Positions 12,975 to 25,600 of a stretch of DNA of 64,000 bases are shown piece by piece. The notes beneath the pieces were generated by a model. It was given only the letters and a program-made list of their open reading frames with translations, ran no database searches and was not told where the DNA came from. Made by a program: the position numbers and the translations under genes. Where the stretch lies: positions 1,674,001 through 1,738,000 of the forward strand of contig JAYWIR010000006.1 in assembly GCA_036172245.1 (NCBI GenBank). The letters run 5' to 3'. Positions within the stretch are counted from its first letter, which is position 1. Every line of letters starts with the position of its first letter. The DNA comes from Raillietiella orientalis (Eukaryota).

Positions 12975-14222
12975 TCAGCAGCTGAGGAGGTCAGCCAGAT
13001 TGGTGTCCTCCCACTCGCTGCGCAGCCCACTATCCGACAGGACGTCGGTGATCTCCGGGGTGCACTCGAACTGCAGGTGGGAGCCGCCGAAGTCGTCGGC
13101 AATGGCTGCGGGCCCGGAGGGACACCTGGCATCACCGAGGAAGCGGACGTCCGGGAAAGGCTCCTCGGGGTCGCCTCCCCCGTGCAGCAGGGGCCTGCCC
13201 CAGATGATCTCCCGGTGTTTCGGACTGGGCAGGGAGTCTTCTTCCTTGAAGGCCGCCGCCGCCGCTGCAGCAGCCTCCGGGGCGCGGCGGCCTCCCCTGC
13301 TGAGGTTGCCGTTTTGATCCAGCACGACGCAGTCGAAGAGGAACTTGGACTGACCCCTGGCGTCCACGCCGATGCCGGCCCCACCCTCGTCGTCGTCGTC
13401 GTACAAACACACGGCCTCCGCTGACAAGTCCGGGACGTCGGACGACGGACTGGGCACCTTGGCCGGGGGGGTCAACTGGCTGCAGGGCAGTGGCACCCCG
13501 CGGCTGCTGCGGACGCTCTCCCGGAACCTCGAGTCGATGGTGAACTTCACTTGGAAGCGCGTGTAGTTTATGGAACCCGCTTTGACCTGCGCAACCTTGG
13601 CGCGGGAGGTGTTGTGCTGCTGAGGCTGCTGCCCGCCGGGGGACGGGGGAGACGCCGTCGCTAGGGGCGACGGTAACGATGACGACGGGGGCGGGGGAGG
13701 AGGCGTAGGCGGCGGCAGCGGAGGAGGAAGAGTCGGCGGCAGCAACGGCCGGCCGGAGGGAGAAGACGAGGAGGAGGAGGAGGTGGACGACGAGGACGAC
13801 GAGGACGACGACGAGGAGGAGGAGGATTCGTGATGCTGTCGTCGGGAAACGCCACTGCCTGCGGAGTCCCTCGGGGAAGAGGAGGCCATCGGTCGCTCGC
13901 TGCCGCCGGCGCCGCCGCGCGGAGGAGGGGTGCTACGCTCGCGGTGATGGTGGGAGGAGGAAGCCAGACGGGGCTTCTTGCGAGGTTGGTACTTGTAGTC
14001 AGGGTACTCGATGGCGTGCAGCACGCGCAGCCGCTCCGCCTCCTCGACGAACGGCTGCCGCTGCTGCGCCGTCAGCGTGTGCCACACCCGACCCAGCAAC
14101 CGCGAGATCTCGGCGTTGTGCAGCTCCGGCTGCCGCCTGATGATCTTCCGCCGCTCTAGCTGCGACCACACCATAAAAGCGTTCATCGGCCGCTTGATGT
14201 GGTTCTTGGACTTCTTCTTCGT
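12975..14222 (-). CDS. SoxC: SoxC-group (Sox4/11/12, insect Sox14-like) HMG-box transcription factor, coding exon 2 (HMG box to stop)
   Basis: Translation [83 protein letters not shown] is a SOX HMG box with SoxC-type WSQ.ERRKI. Poly-S/P/A linker, PAKVPSP motif and C-terminal [18 protein letters not shown] resembling the SoxC transactivation domain. Preceded by a T-rich tract and CAG acceptor (AG at 14224-14223), phase 0. Confidence 0.95.
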   Translation of the reverse strand, partial: TKKKSKNHIKRPMNAFMVWSQLERRKIIRRQPELHNAEISRLLGRVWHTLTAQQRQPFVEEAERLRVLHAIEYPDYKYQPRKKPRLASSSHHHRERSTPPPRGGAGGSERPMASSSPRDSAGSGVSRRQHHESSSSSSSSSSSSSSTSSSSSSSPSGRPLLPPTLPPPLPPPTPPPPPPSSSLPSPLATASPPSPGGQQPQQHNTSRAKVAQVKAGSINYTRFQVKFTIDSRFRESVRSSRGVPLPCSQLTPPAKVPSPSSDVPDLSAEAVCLYDDDDEGGAGIGVDARGQSKFLFDCVVLDQNGNLSRGGRRAPEAAAAAAAAFKEEDSLPSPKHREIIWGRPLLHGGGDPEEPFPDVRFLGDARCPSGPAAIADDFGGSHLQFECTPEITDVLSDSGLRSEWEDTNLADLLSC

Positions 14223-14790
14223 CTGCAAAAAAAAAAAAAAAAAGGACGAGAAGACAGAGGTGGGGTGAGGGTGGATGAGGAGACGGAAGAGAGGTGAGGG
14301 AGGGGGGCCGTGAAGAAGAAGAAGCTCCCGGAGGTCGCGCGTTCCTCACTCGTCGCGGTCGCCCGCACGCGGTCTGCATGTGTGCTGGGGCGAAACCACG
14401 AGGGGAAGGCGGAAAGCAGCAAACCGCACGCACGCACGCACGCATGCAAGCATGCACGCGCGCGTGCGCAAGCTCACGCACGCACGAGGGCTTTCCGTCC
14501 GTTGCCCTTCGCGCGAGGCAGAGCGCGAGAGCGCGCTGTCTGGTTTTCCCCAGTCTGCAGAAGGTTGCGATGGAAGACCGCAGGAGGTCGTGGAAAGGGA
14601 GGTCGGCCACCTTTCTGTCATCCCTGCGCTTCCTCCCTCCCGACCAGAGAAGGTGCCCTCGCTACCAGTCCACGGCCTGTAGGGGAGAGAAGGGCGCGGA
14701 CCAAACCCCCCTTCCCCCCCCCCTCTCTCCTGTAGGGGTGGCGTCGTCAGGGACCGCGGTTGGGGGGGCGGAAGAGAGAGGAAGGATTAC
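14223..14790 (-). other. SoxC intron (568 nt, GT-AG, phase 0)
   Basis: Donor GTAATC, long poly-T tract then GCAG; joins the two exons in frame. Confidence 0.85.
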
Positions 14791-15003
14791 CTGGGTGGCA
14801 TCCGTGTACGGAGTGGTAGACTTCTCGTGGACGCACAGGGACCCGAAGACCACGCTCTTGAGGGCGGCGACGGCAGCGGCGTCCGTGCTGTCGTCATGCC
14901 GGGGCTTCCCTGCCGGCGCCTGCGCGCAGGCGACGAGGCCGGATTTGCTCCCGAAGTCGAGCGGCTCCTGACATGCCTCCAGGTCATCGCACAGGGCCAG
15001 CAT
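14791..15003 (-). CDS. SoxC: SoxC coding exon 1 (71 codons, MLALCDD...TPYTDATQ)
   Basis: Ends in VVFGSL..STTPYTDATQ followed by donor CAG|GTAATC at 14790. Splicing gives TPYTDATQ|TKKK..HIKRPMN, the pre-HMG motif of invertebrate SoxC. ATG at 15003 is in frame, but the exact start is inferred. Confidence 0.85.
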
Positions 15004-15764
15004 CACGGAGAGCTGAAACACAAGGGACAGAGGGAGTGCTGCGCGACAGATGGCGCCGCCTCCGGCACACACTGGGCGGCGGCATCGGCACACACGAAAG
15101 AGGCAGGAGGAGCCACGCCGCCGCTTCGGGGGCGACGGTACGAGGAGGAGGAGAAAGGGGGTGACAGGGAGGTGATGAGGCAACACAAGCGCCTGACTAC
15201 CGTACTTTTCTTTTTTTTCTCTCCCCTCCTCAGCGGCAACACTCGGAGCGGAGGGACGAGGGAGGGAGGGAGGGAGGGAAGACGGGGACGAAGTCATGGG
15301 GACCAGCACTCATTCGCTCGCTGGGGCACGGGGTGGGTGGGGGGTACGTGAGGTCGGCGGCGACGTCCCCGCAGGGTACCAGAGCGGGAGACGAGATAGG
15401 GACGGCGTTACGCCTCCTGGAGGCTGCTCTGGAGACCCAGTCGGAGATCACGCGAGAGCTGCCGGGGGGCACTCGCGATCATCTTCTGGGGAGAGGGGAA
15501 GAGGGGAGTTGGAGGTCGGAGACCGGACCGGAGCGTCTCCTTGCTTTCCTTCCGAGTTGCCCAAGACGCTCACTTCTGGTCGTCGCCGCCTCCAGAAAAA
15601 CACAAGGGGTGGGGGTGGAGGTGGGGGGAAGGGGAGGTGGACGGGTGGGAAAACGCCGCGCTGCACACCTCTCCCTCTATTCTCCTCCCACCACCACCAC
15701 CACCACCTCCCCTACCACCCTCCACACTGCCGGAGGCGTCGGCGGTCTCCCCGGGAGCACTCAC

Positions 15765-15840
15765 CTACAATCCGACGCCGTCGGGTAGCGGAAGCTGCAT
15801 CCGCCGCACAACACCATGCCTCGTGCAATGCATCCCGTCG
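15765..15840 (-). other. Probable non-coding 5'UTR exon of SoxC (intron 15764-15013)
   Basis: Consensus donor TAG|GTGAGT at 15764, and pyrimidine tract plus TTTCAG acceptor at 15014-15013, 9 nt before the ATG. Lies just downstream of a promoter-like motif cluster. 5' boundary approximate. Confidence 0.55.
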
Positions 15841-15859
15841 CACTGCCATGAGGTTGCCG

Positions 15860-15905
15860 TTTATCAGCTGAGTATCTGATTTGACGTCATCCCCGCCAAC
15901 CAATC
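15860..15905 (-). promoter_or_regulatory. Putative SoxC proximal promoter: CRE, GC box and CCAAT box
   Basis: TGACGTCA (15882-15889), CCCCGCC (15891-15897) and CCAAT (15900-15904) within 25 bp; GATAAA on the minus strand at 15865-15860. Confidence 0.55.
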
Positions 15906-16899
15906 AGCGAGCGGCGCTGCGAACAGCTGCTCGGCAACGGAAAAATCCTTAGAGGAAAAGAGAGAGCGAGAGAGAAAGAAATACAGGGGAAGAGTGAGAG
16001 AGAAAGAAAGAAAAGGAAGAAAGGAGAAAAGAGGGGAGGAGAGGAATGGGGAGAGGGAATGGGGGTGGGGTGGGAAGAAGAGGAGAGGGCGGCGAGCATC
16101 GCTTCCGGCTGAAAGCGATGCTCGCCTCCTCCCTCTCTCCTCGTCGCATGAGCGTCCTCTTCAGAAACAGACCGAAAGCTGCGGCTTAGAACCTCTCCAG
16201 AGATCAAGGGAGGGGCTGGGGAGAGAGGAAACGACCCCTCTCCACGATCCCTCCCTCGCCTTTTTTTTTTTTCTTTTTCCTCCTCCCCCTCCCCCCTTCC
16301 CTTCAGACGACGCGGAGCTACTTCACTCGCCCTTGCTCCGGGAACATGCCTTCCCGCCGCTGCTGTCGACGCCAAGAAAGGAACGCCCCACAGCCTTCTC
16401 TGCGCGGGGTGCCACCATCCTACGGCCCAGTTCCGGCCCCACTAGACCATTTTCGTACCAGGGTAAGCCGCCAAGACCTCCACTCCGCACATGCGTGCAC
16501 GAGCGCATGCGCGCATGCTCAGAGCGGCTGCTGACGCCTTGCAAGTAAACAAAAGGGACTTTCCGCCATGGTCGCAGGTTTTCCCCTTTTCGCTTCCCCC
16601 TACCCTCTCTCTCTCCCCTTTATTTTCCTTTTCTTTCCACCCTCCCGCTGTCGCTCCAGCCGACGGACGCTTAGCGAGAAGGGAGGGGGGGGGAAGAGCA
16701 TGGGTCGTGGAGGGCGCCACTGTCGGACGGGTTCTCTGCGCACGCTCGGGAGCGAAATCTCTCCCTTCGAGTCGTCTCCCTGCCGACGCCGGGCCTTGCA
16801 GGACGAAGAGGAGGAGATGCGATCGCGGCAATCCGGGAATCTCTCCCCCCCCCCCCGAATATCCTGGCTTCCGAACCTAGGCGCCGAATTCGGTGCGGA

Positions 16900-17560
16900 T
16901 CCCTCTCTGCTTCCCCCCGTCCTCCTCCGCGCTCCCGGAGAGCGGGCTTCGGTGCCTCCGGGCCCTGACCGCGGCGCCCTCGTGTCTCGCGCTAGGAGCC
17001 GCTGTGGCGGTTCTCTCTTTCCCTTCCCGGAGGGCGATACCCTCGGGGCGTCGGAGGCTCAGCCAAGGACGGGGCGAGACGCGCGCCACGCCCGGAGTGA
17101 GCGCGCGCGAGGAAGTGACGAGGTCGCTGCAGTTCCGGTGGCCCGCCCTCGCAGACGTCGGGTGGGTCCTGGCAGGACATCCACGAGGAGCGAGGAGACC
17201 ACCACCCTTCCCTTCCGTAGCGACCTCCTCGGCTCCGCCCCGGTCGTTTCGGGGTCCGCTCCCGGAATCGCAAGCCCACTTCCAGGTTCGCTCCTCCTCC
17301 TCCCTCTCCCAGGGACACGTGGGAAATCAGGATAGCAGTCCTCTCCGGCAGAAGAGCGCGGCTTGCCTCTCCCGCATCCCCCTCAGCTTCCACCTGGCGC
17401 GCATTATCCGCGCTGCATCCCGCTCCGGCATCCCAGGCAACGGCACCGACTACTTGCTGCCTTCCGGGAATCGCGCTGGCTGGCATGCGCCCTGGAAAGG
17501 GAAAGTTGCGCGCAGAGACCCCAGAGGCGACGGCTGCGCGGGTGGCGTTAGCTCGCTCCG
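16900..17560 (+). mobile_element. Possible degenerate RT/thumb fragment
   Basis: ALADVG (YADD-like) and WHAPWKGKVARRDP (F.W.GK...V-like). Confidence 0.25.
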
Positions 17561-20500
17561 GGTGACGTGCGAGCGGGCGCGCGACTGGAGGTCTTCCAGT
17601 GCGCGCCGAGGTGAAACCACGCTTGCGGCGCCCGCAGCGGTCGGAGGGATGCAACCGAAGGGGAGAAAGAGAGAGGGAAGGAGGGGGAGGAGAGAGCCGT
17701 CGTCTTCCTCCCACGCATGCGCACGCCTTCCGCGGTGCTGCTGCCGCCCGTGCGTCGCTCTTTTTTTGTCCTTGCTGTAAGCCCGGCACGCCAGCGGACA
17801 TCGCGATTCGCCCGACGATGCCCGTGCGCACGCGCGCGTGCGAGAGGGAAAGTGGCCGCCGCCTGCAGCTGCCAACCCGAACCGGCACCGATGATGCTCT
17901 CAGCACGCAGAGCCCAGCAAGCGCGACGCATGCGCGGAACGGGCTTGGTGTCGCAATCGAAGGAGACGCACGCGCAGTGAGCAAGCAGAGAGTCCGTGCG
18001 CCTTTTGTATCGCTTGGCAGGTCGGTGTCGTTAGCATACGAGCAGAATCCTCAGAGGCGTTTCGCTACCCCGGGCGGCCGCAGGCGGAACCGATGCTCTG
18101 GTGCGAACACAAGACCGTGGCCCTCACCCATGCCACAAGGTCGGCGCTGCGCATCGAAACGAGAAAGGGGGGGGGGGGGGGGGAGGAACTAGAACAGGTT
18201 TTCTCACACCCTTCCCAGGCCTCTCCGAAGCCGGTCTTAATCTCTCGGAGCTCCCCGAACCAGCTGCCCGGGAGCTCATTTCAGCCTCCTCCTCCTAAGT
18301 TGCCTCTCGGGAGGCCAGCCAGCTGCAAAGCCTGGCGGAGACCGAACCTCCCATCGGGCGCATCTCGCTTGAGAAATTCCCGCCCGCCGAAGTTGTGAAA
18401 GATGCATCAGCGTCGGTCCAGGGAAGCGCTGGCGTGAAAACTTCACTCGCACTGGCAGGGCGAACGGTGCCGGGAAGACAATCTGCCTCTTTCGTGGCAG
18501 TGGTGACTGGGAAGGCCTGGGGAAGGGAAGGCAGGAGGAGGCAGTTCGAACCCGTCACTGAGAGACGGTTGTCAGCTGAGAGACGCTCCCGAAGCGAAGC
18601 GTCCAAAGGGTTGATCCCGTGACAGCCGAGATCTCAAGAGTTCCAATTTTCGGCTTAACAAACTGGTGCCCAACCTTGGACGGATGCAGTGAGTACGTCG
18701 GTCTCTCAGGAAACAGCTACAACAGCTTCTGTTGACAGGCTTTTTAAATGCGTGCGCGGAACTGCTCCAGCTCCCCAAAGGTACCTTTTTTTTTCTATCG
18801 AAACGAGCCAGATGCCCTTTGAAGCGTGTTTTTTTGCGAAATCACTCCGTCTCACGCAAGATGACGCCTCTTCGCAGCTCGCGTACCCATGAGACCCCCG
18901 AAGTTCGCGAATTAAAGCATCGCTGAAACCACTAATATTGACTCTTCCGCCCCTTCATTTCTCCGGTTGAGTATCGTCGCATTCCCCTCCCCCCTCCCCC
19001 CACCTCCCTCTTTTCCCCCCTCCCCCCTTTTTTTCCATGAACTGCCGTCTGCCTCTCCTCCTCGCGTCTCTTCTGCGACTGCTTGCCCGCGGAACACCAC
19101 CTCCGCGGGCCCGCATCGAGACACAACCCGACTGTCCGTATTCCAGAAAACTACGAGCTTACGTTCCGAGGGAAGGAAAATCGCTTCCGAAGCTCCGCAT
19201 CAGCCATTCCGCGAGGCAGGTGATCTCGCAGTATTCCATTTCACTCCAGCTATTTGCTGCCTCTCTGCCTGCCAGTGAGCTCATTTTTCCTCCAGCTGTT
19301 CCACTCTTTTTCGAAAAGTTTCCTCGGTCTAAGCTTACAGCGCTTCGTGGGTCGTGCTGGCAGCGGCGGATTGTTTTCTCCCGATGCCTGTGAGCACTCG
19401 CTGCCCTTTCAACTGCGGTCCGAAGGTTTCTTCTCTATTTCCGAAAGCTCCCCCCCCCCCTCCTCCTCCTTCCCCGACTCTTCTCTTCTTTTTGTAAACC
19501 ACGAGTCGTAATGGCGAGTCGGTCTTGCTTCCAGCAAGTTAAGGACAGCAAGGGGGAAGGTTTCGCTCCTGTTACCTGCTGGTCCTTCCTCGTCCTTTCC
19601 TCGTCTTCGACCCATGGCTTCTTCTCTCTTTCATCTCTTCCCTCTTTTTTGTTTTTTTTCTTTTTCTTTCTTTCTTTTTTCCATGATGTTCGTGTCGACG
19701 CACTGAACCTATAATTAGAAATCCAAGATGCTTTTGGTCCTTACTCAGTGATTCGGAATAGAATAGGACACAGCATTCGTTGTTAAGCTCACCGGATGCA
19801 GCAAAGCGTGACATTTCATGATTAATGCACGCACAGGACCTGAATTTTTCAAACCGATACAGGTGGCATGAACCAAGCCAGGAAAATCAACGCTCCATAA
19901 TCGATAAATAACGGAAAAACAAAATACAATGCAGGGATTAATTGTGCTGCAATCTGGATTTTCTCGTGTTACCAATTACTTTCCGAATGGGGGAACCCTG
20001 GTTTCTCGATTTCGCAATTAGCGTTCATTATTCGCTCCCCAAAATTACGCAACGGGCAACAATGGCGCTCTCGGGAAGCTGCTTGCGAAACGCGCGTGTT
20101 CCTCTGCCGGCCGTGGTGAAATTCGGGCTTCCTGCGAAAAAAGCCGAATTCGCGTGCTTCTTCGGACGAAGAGGAGGATGCTGGACCGCCGCAGGTTGAG
20201 GGGAAAAGTTCTCCGTGTTTGTGCTTTCCGTGTTTTCGAGGGTCCTTCGAGACGCCGAATGGTGGTGGGTGGATCACGCGATGCTATCAGCACCCAAGCT
20301 CGTTCAAAATGTATCCAAGATTGCTTGTGTTTGTTTATTTTTCTTCTTCTTTTTCTTCTTCTACCTTCCCCCCCCCCCCTACCCCCCGCCTTTGGGACAA
20401 GTAGCAACGAACTCATTTATTTTCCACGGCAAAAATCGGTGAGGGCGGTTAGCAATTACTGCTACGTAGAAATCGTTTTCTTTAGTATGCTTTCAAAAAT

Positions 20501-21049
20501 AAAAAAAATTATTATCGATAAAAACTTGAAAAAGTGCTTTTTGTGAAATTTCCTTCTTGCGAGGAACTTGAAAGTTTCCCGATTTGTGAAAAAGCGGGAA
20601 AGAAATTCGCAGATTCCGAGCAACATTCGAAGAAACGGTAGCATTCATCGAATTCCTGGTCCAGCAATGAGCTCGACAAATGCCAGCGATACATAATAAG
20701 ATCGCCATGGAAACATGTAATTAGAGATGTTACCGAGTGTTTCGACGCTTTGAGAGTATCATATTTTAGCTCCGGCAAGGAATGGGAAACAAATGTGGAG
20801 AAGAGAAAGAGAGCGGGAGAGGGAGAGAGAAGAGGAAGAAGAAGAAAAAAGCTTTCAGAAAATCACTCGAAAAGAATCATAGTGTTTCTGAGAAAACTTA
20901 TCTTCCGAAGTCAGCGGTGACGCGCGCTTGAATTACTGCTGCTGCTGCTGCTGCTTCCGAACGCTGGAAAATGGAAGCAGTCGCCCGTGTGCCTCCGAGA
21001 CTGGGAATTGGAAGGAAGGCTGCAGTTTCGGATGAAAGTCGCCGTCGCC

Positions 21050-21420
21050 GCGCAACCGTCCGCGTGAATGTTGCAGCCCGAGCTCTCCCCCAGCTTCGTT
21101 CGAATCGTGGGCTCGGCGCAGGACGCGGCTTGTGACGTCACCCACTCGCAGCAGTGTCCGCCGCTCGCTCGCGCCATTTCTACTAGTGTGCCTGCGATGA
21201 TGGCCCAGCCGTTCACGCAAGTGCCGTCCGCAACGTGCGAGGAATGCCTGCACGCTTCTTCTCCGAAACTCCTTTGCATCGCGAAACAGTGGGGTCGGTT
21301 CACTGAAGAGGCACTCGTCCCCTTCTTCGCCCGCAGGGATGAATTTTTGAAATTTTCCCGGAACACCTTCTGCCGCCGTCCTCGGTATTTCCTCGCCGTA
21401 AATCCGTCCGCTGTACCCAG
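21050..21420 (-). mobile_element. Possible degenerate LINE RT fragment
   Basis: KYRGRRQKVF...SASSVNR..F..FG...CVNG and NIHADGCAA resemble AFDSVNR, V.VNG and YADD. Confidence 0.3.
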
Positions 21421-22019
21421 CGCCCGCCGGAGCGAACCGCACACCCTCATCATCTCCCATCTCCTTCGCTGCCCCCTTCCTATCCCCTCCCCCTCTCCAG
21501 TCCTGCGCTTTGCTGTCTCTCCCCTCGACCGTCCACCCGCGCCGGAATGCCGCGCTCCCCCACCCCACACGTAAATGCAGCTGATAATCGTTCCTCTCGT
21601 GAGGAAAGGCAGCAAGGGGATGACGTGAGCTGGAAAAGCGAGCGGGCTGGACGCTTTTCCTTCGCACAGGCAGACTTTCCTTGCGGTTGTCCGTGTGGCC
21701 CAGCAGGGGAAACAGACCCACCATTTCGGAGAAGCCTCCTCTCTTTCCCTCCTTCCTCACTGTGAGGTGTACACTGCTCGGAAAACCAGCTCCCTATGGT
21801 TGTCGTCCTCCCGTTTCCTTCGTTTTCAAGGACCCATCCTGCGCGCGCGTTTCTTCCCTCCCTCCGCACGCCTCTTCTGGAGCGAAGAAGGGAAACGGGG
21901 GAGACAGAAAAGGGACAGGATGGGGACCGATCGTCTCAGAATGCCCCAAGCAATTTTGTGTCTCTCGGAGGGAGTGGGAACAAGAGAGCTGCTTGTGCCC
22001 TTCCCCCTCTCTTCCCTCT

Positions 22020-23400
22020 CTTAATCGTCGCTTCCTCTCTTCTTATCTTGCTTTCCTCCTCCGACTCGCTTCTCCCGATTTCCCTGGCGTTTCTACCCGA
22101 GACAGCAGCACCGTCCATCCTTTCTCGTTTCTGCTGTCCGGAAGGGCTTCCCCCTGTCGGACGCTTGCCGTTTAGAGACGATCCAGGGTACCTTCTTTTC
22201 TTGTCGTGGGTCCTGCTGTGTGTCTGCTTCTCCTGGGAGCATTCGCCCGTCCCGCCTTGTCATCTCACGGGAACAGGGAAAAGAGATCAAGTTTTCTCCG
22301 TAAACGCGCGGCGTATCCCGCAGAAACCTCTGAGAATCGTCCTCCATTCCACCACCAAGAGCCTTCGCAGCGAACGAACCCTGGGAAATGGGAGAGTTCC
22401 GCGAAAGCAGGTAGAAAATTATCCAGGTGATCTGCCCCTTCTGGCCGATAACCTGTGAACTGATCCATCCTCTTCATCCTCTCCCTTCGGTTCCTTCCCC
22501 CCTCCCCCTCCTCCCGAATCTCCCCTCCCTTCCCGCGACCCTCGGTAGGGTCCTCTGATGGCACTGACCGGTCGTTCTTGTTGTATATGCCCCATGGGAG
22601 AAAGACCCGTCCACCCATCGAAAGGGACTTGGGAATGAAGAAGAAACCCTCCCTCCCGGCCCTTCTCCCCACGGAATGCAGGAAAAAGGTCCTGGAACCC
22701 CACGGAGACGAAACAGGAGGCGATTCGAAACAGGGACCGTCGTCCTCTTCCCCCTCCTTCCCAAGGGACGCCCCAGTCTCAGAGGCGGAAGCCGCCGCAG
22801 AGCGCGATGACTCGGAAGAGCGCGCACTTTCCTCTCGGCCGCTCTCGGTCGGTCGGTCATGCTACCAGCCGGGAGGAAAGGAAGACGGGAGTCGTGGGAA
22901 AGCCGTGCCACCGCTAACGCAGAGTTCCCCTTCACTCCTCTTGCTCGATCTCTCTTCCAGCCCACGTCCCCTGGAACTTCCCGCCGAGAAGGAGCGCTTT
23001 CCCGGGTCTCCCTTCCCTTTGCTCCCCGGTTCGCGCGGCATGTGGCCCTTTCGATTCACCCCGGCAGCTCTCGAGAGCTGCTCTGTTCCCTCGCGGGTGA
23101 TTTGAATAGGGAAAGGAGGGAAAAGGGGGGAGGAGGACGAGCTGCTTCCCGACATCAGGAAAAAGTTGGAAGGGAAGGGGGGGACAAGGGGGCATCGAGT
23201 TCCCCGGACGCTTCTGCTCTCAGGAGCTCGGAGGAGAGACCCTTGTGTCCTTGGCAACCCGTTTGTTCCTCCCTTCCTGCCAGCACACCATCAGTTCCCC
23301 TATGGAACGCTTTCTCCGGTTGGCACCCCTCCCAGTCCCCTCTCCACCTTCCCTCTGCAGTTGGACGTGGAGAGCTCCCGGCAGCCCCCTTTCCTTGCTT
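22020..23400 (+). mobile_element. Degenerate APE endonuclease fragments
   Basis: LAFLLRLASPDF (L..L..PD...QET-like), LCSLAGDLN (GDFN motif) and SGARRRD (SRID-like). Confidence 0.45.
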
Positions 23401-24332
23401 TCCCCCCTTCTGAAGGAAGCCCGGAGCAGCTTCCGGGGTCCTTCCAGGAAACTTCCCGGACGGGAAACTTTCCCGATGGTCTAGGATAGGAGAATGGGAT
23501 CTGCGGGTTCACACCTCGGCGTCCAACCTTGCTGGAGCGGGAAGGGAAAACGAAAAGAAAAGAAACGAAAAGAGAGACAAGGACCGGAAGGGAAAGTAGG
23601 GGATTTGCGTTGGTCGCGCTCTTGATAGATGCAGAGGAATCCTGATGAGAGAGGGATGCTGTAGTCCCCAGGGCAAAGGAGCCAACGCTATAGTCCCGCC
23701 GCCCTCTCGCGGCCGTCGAGGAGTGAAATGCCCTGGAACAGACGCATACGCACGGGACGTGTTGCGGAGGATGCTCCGCGAAGCAAGGAAAGAACAGCAC
23801 ACGAGAAGGAGAGCATCATCCCCTCTGGTCGGCTCCCGGAAGAGCTGTAGCGCTGGACAGCAGGGACGACTGTCGCGAGGCTGCTTAGGCGACGATGGAA
23901 AAGGCAAGGAGGAGGAGGGGAAGGAGTTTGGGGAGGGAGCACGTAAGTTACTACGGATGTCGGCCGTTACTGGTCCATGTGGACGGCAGCGGAAGGTGCG
24001 GCCGATATGAATCGAAGGAGCCGCATGCCACGCGAACCGGGGAGCAAAGGGAAGGGAGACCCGGGAAAGCGCTCCTTCTCGGCGGGAAGTTCCAGGGGAC
24101 GTGGGCTGGAAGAGAGATCGAGCAAGAGGAGTGAAGGGGAACTCTGCGTTAGCGGTGGCACGGCTTTCCCACGACTCCCGTCTTCCTTTCCTCCCGGCTG
24201 GTAGCATGACTGACCGACCGAGAGCGGCCGAGAGGAAAGTGTGCGCTCTGCGGTGGCTTCCGTCTCTGCGACTGGGGCGTCCCTTGGGAAGGAGGGGGAA
24301 GAGGATGACCCTCCCTGTTTCGAGTCGTCTCC
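22716..24332. repeat. Long inverted repeat: arms 22716-23058 and 24008-24332, spacer about 950 bp
   Basis: By direct comparison 22856-23035 is the exact reverse complement of 24031-24210 (180 bp). Flanks have scattered mismatches and one indel of about 20 bp. Confidence 0.95.
23560..24332 (-). mobile_element. Degenerate APE endonuclease fragment
   Basis: GRTFR...SNLRAP (NVYAP-like) and AARGRRDYSVGS (SRIDY motif). Confidence 0.45.
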
Positions 24333-25199
24333 CCGTTGCCAGGTCGACTGCCTGCCTGGGAACAGCTGCTCGCCGCAATCGCAGTTGCGGAAGGAACGAG
24401 ACTATGACTGCCAGGAGGAAGGAGGGGAGGGTCTCGAGCAAACCCGTTGGGAAGGCTGGATGTCCGCGGTCACATGCCCCTCTCCGTATTCCATGACCGA
24501 CCAAGGGGAAGTAACGGACATCGGCGGGAAAAAACTGTCCGGAAAAAAACAGCTTTATCTCCCCTGCAGACCTTTCCATGTGGGAGGCCTCTCGACGCGG
24601 TCTCCCCAGAGATGCCGCAATGTGAGGGTTTCCTCCCTGGAGTTCAGGAAAGCTGGTTGACTCTATCAGCAAACGGGGAGCTACCGAAAAGCCGAGGAAA
24701 GCTCAATTGAGGTACCCGCCTCAAGTCCTGTGAGAGGGAGTAGCAGGAGGGCCGAAAGCTCTGTGTCCTTCGAGAACTTTCGAGGAACGTTCGTGAGGCC
24801 TACGAGTTACCGCAGAAGAGGGAAAAGGGAGGGAAGAGGTATGGGCGGGTGACCTCGCCCCTAGGAGGTTCTCTAAGCTCCCTCCCCTTTTCACCCGGGA
24901 GATACCAGAAGGGTGCGGAGAGAACCGGACAAGTCACTACGGGAGGTTGTCATCTTGCTGCCTACCTGTCCGTTGGGAACTGCGGGTTTTCATGGATGTC
25001 CTCCCTACTTGGACAGGCAGCCCTCTCTCTGTCTCCTCTTCGTGCCTCGCGAGACGGGCCCTCACAAGAAGGCAGTTTTCTATGGGTCTTCGAGTTTGCC
25101 TCGACGGATGCCCGAGGGGACAGAGAACGAGCAAGGGAAATGTCTGGCCCTCTGAACGGAGACTGCTCCCCTCCCCAGGGCGAGGACTCGGCCATCGCA

Positions 25200-25600
25200 T
25201 CCAGAAGGTGCTTAGCGCAGCCGCACCGGTCCGCAAGCGGCTCTTCCCTAGAGAGCTTCCCTCCGCCGACGCCGGGAGCTCTTCTACGCGCCACGCTCGG
25301 GAGAAGAATGTGGACTCGCTGGCATGGCAGAAGAGAGCAGGTGCGCCTCGAAGGTCTTGGGTTCACGCAGGCTCCGTGCGCTCTGCAACCGCAAGGCGCT
25401 GCCGTTGCGCTGCCCCTTCTTTCTCTTCAACATCTTCGGAAGTGAAAGGGCCGTCCCGGATGCACACGGATAACGATCATCCAATTCGCGCTCGCCCGTC
25501 TGGTCGTCGCCGCCAGGCTGCGCTCCCTGCCCCCCTGCTCTTCCACGCTGGTTGCCAGAGGCGAACTGCTACCCGTCATCCGTCCGGCGAGAGAGCTCCC
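25200..25600 (+). mobile_element. Possible L1-type ORF2 C-terminal remnant
   Basis: GMAEESRCA, CPFFLFNIFG and TIIQFALARLVV resemble the C-terminal knuckle and the ILFG/LAK..IW tail. Confidence 0.3.

Noticed and set aside
11930..13424. ORFs antisense to or overlapping the SoxC CDS and 3'UTR
   Set aside because: Shadow ORFs of GC-rich coding and low-complexity sequence.
14662..15309. 215-aa ORF as an independent gene
   Set aside because: Only 15003-14791 is explained, as SoxC exon 1; the rest is intron or UTR.
23509..24672. 387-aa ORF as an intact or exapted endonuclease
   Set aside because: APE motifs fall in different frames and catalytic motifs are decayed.
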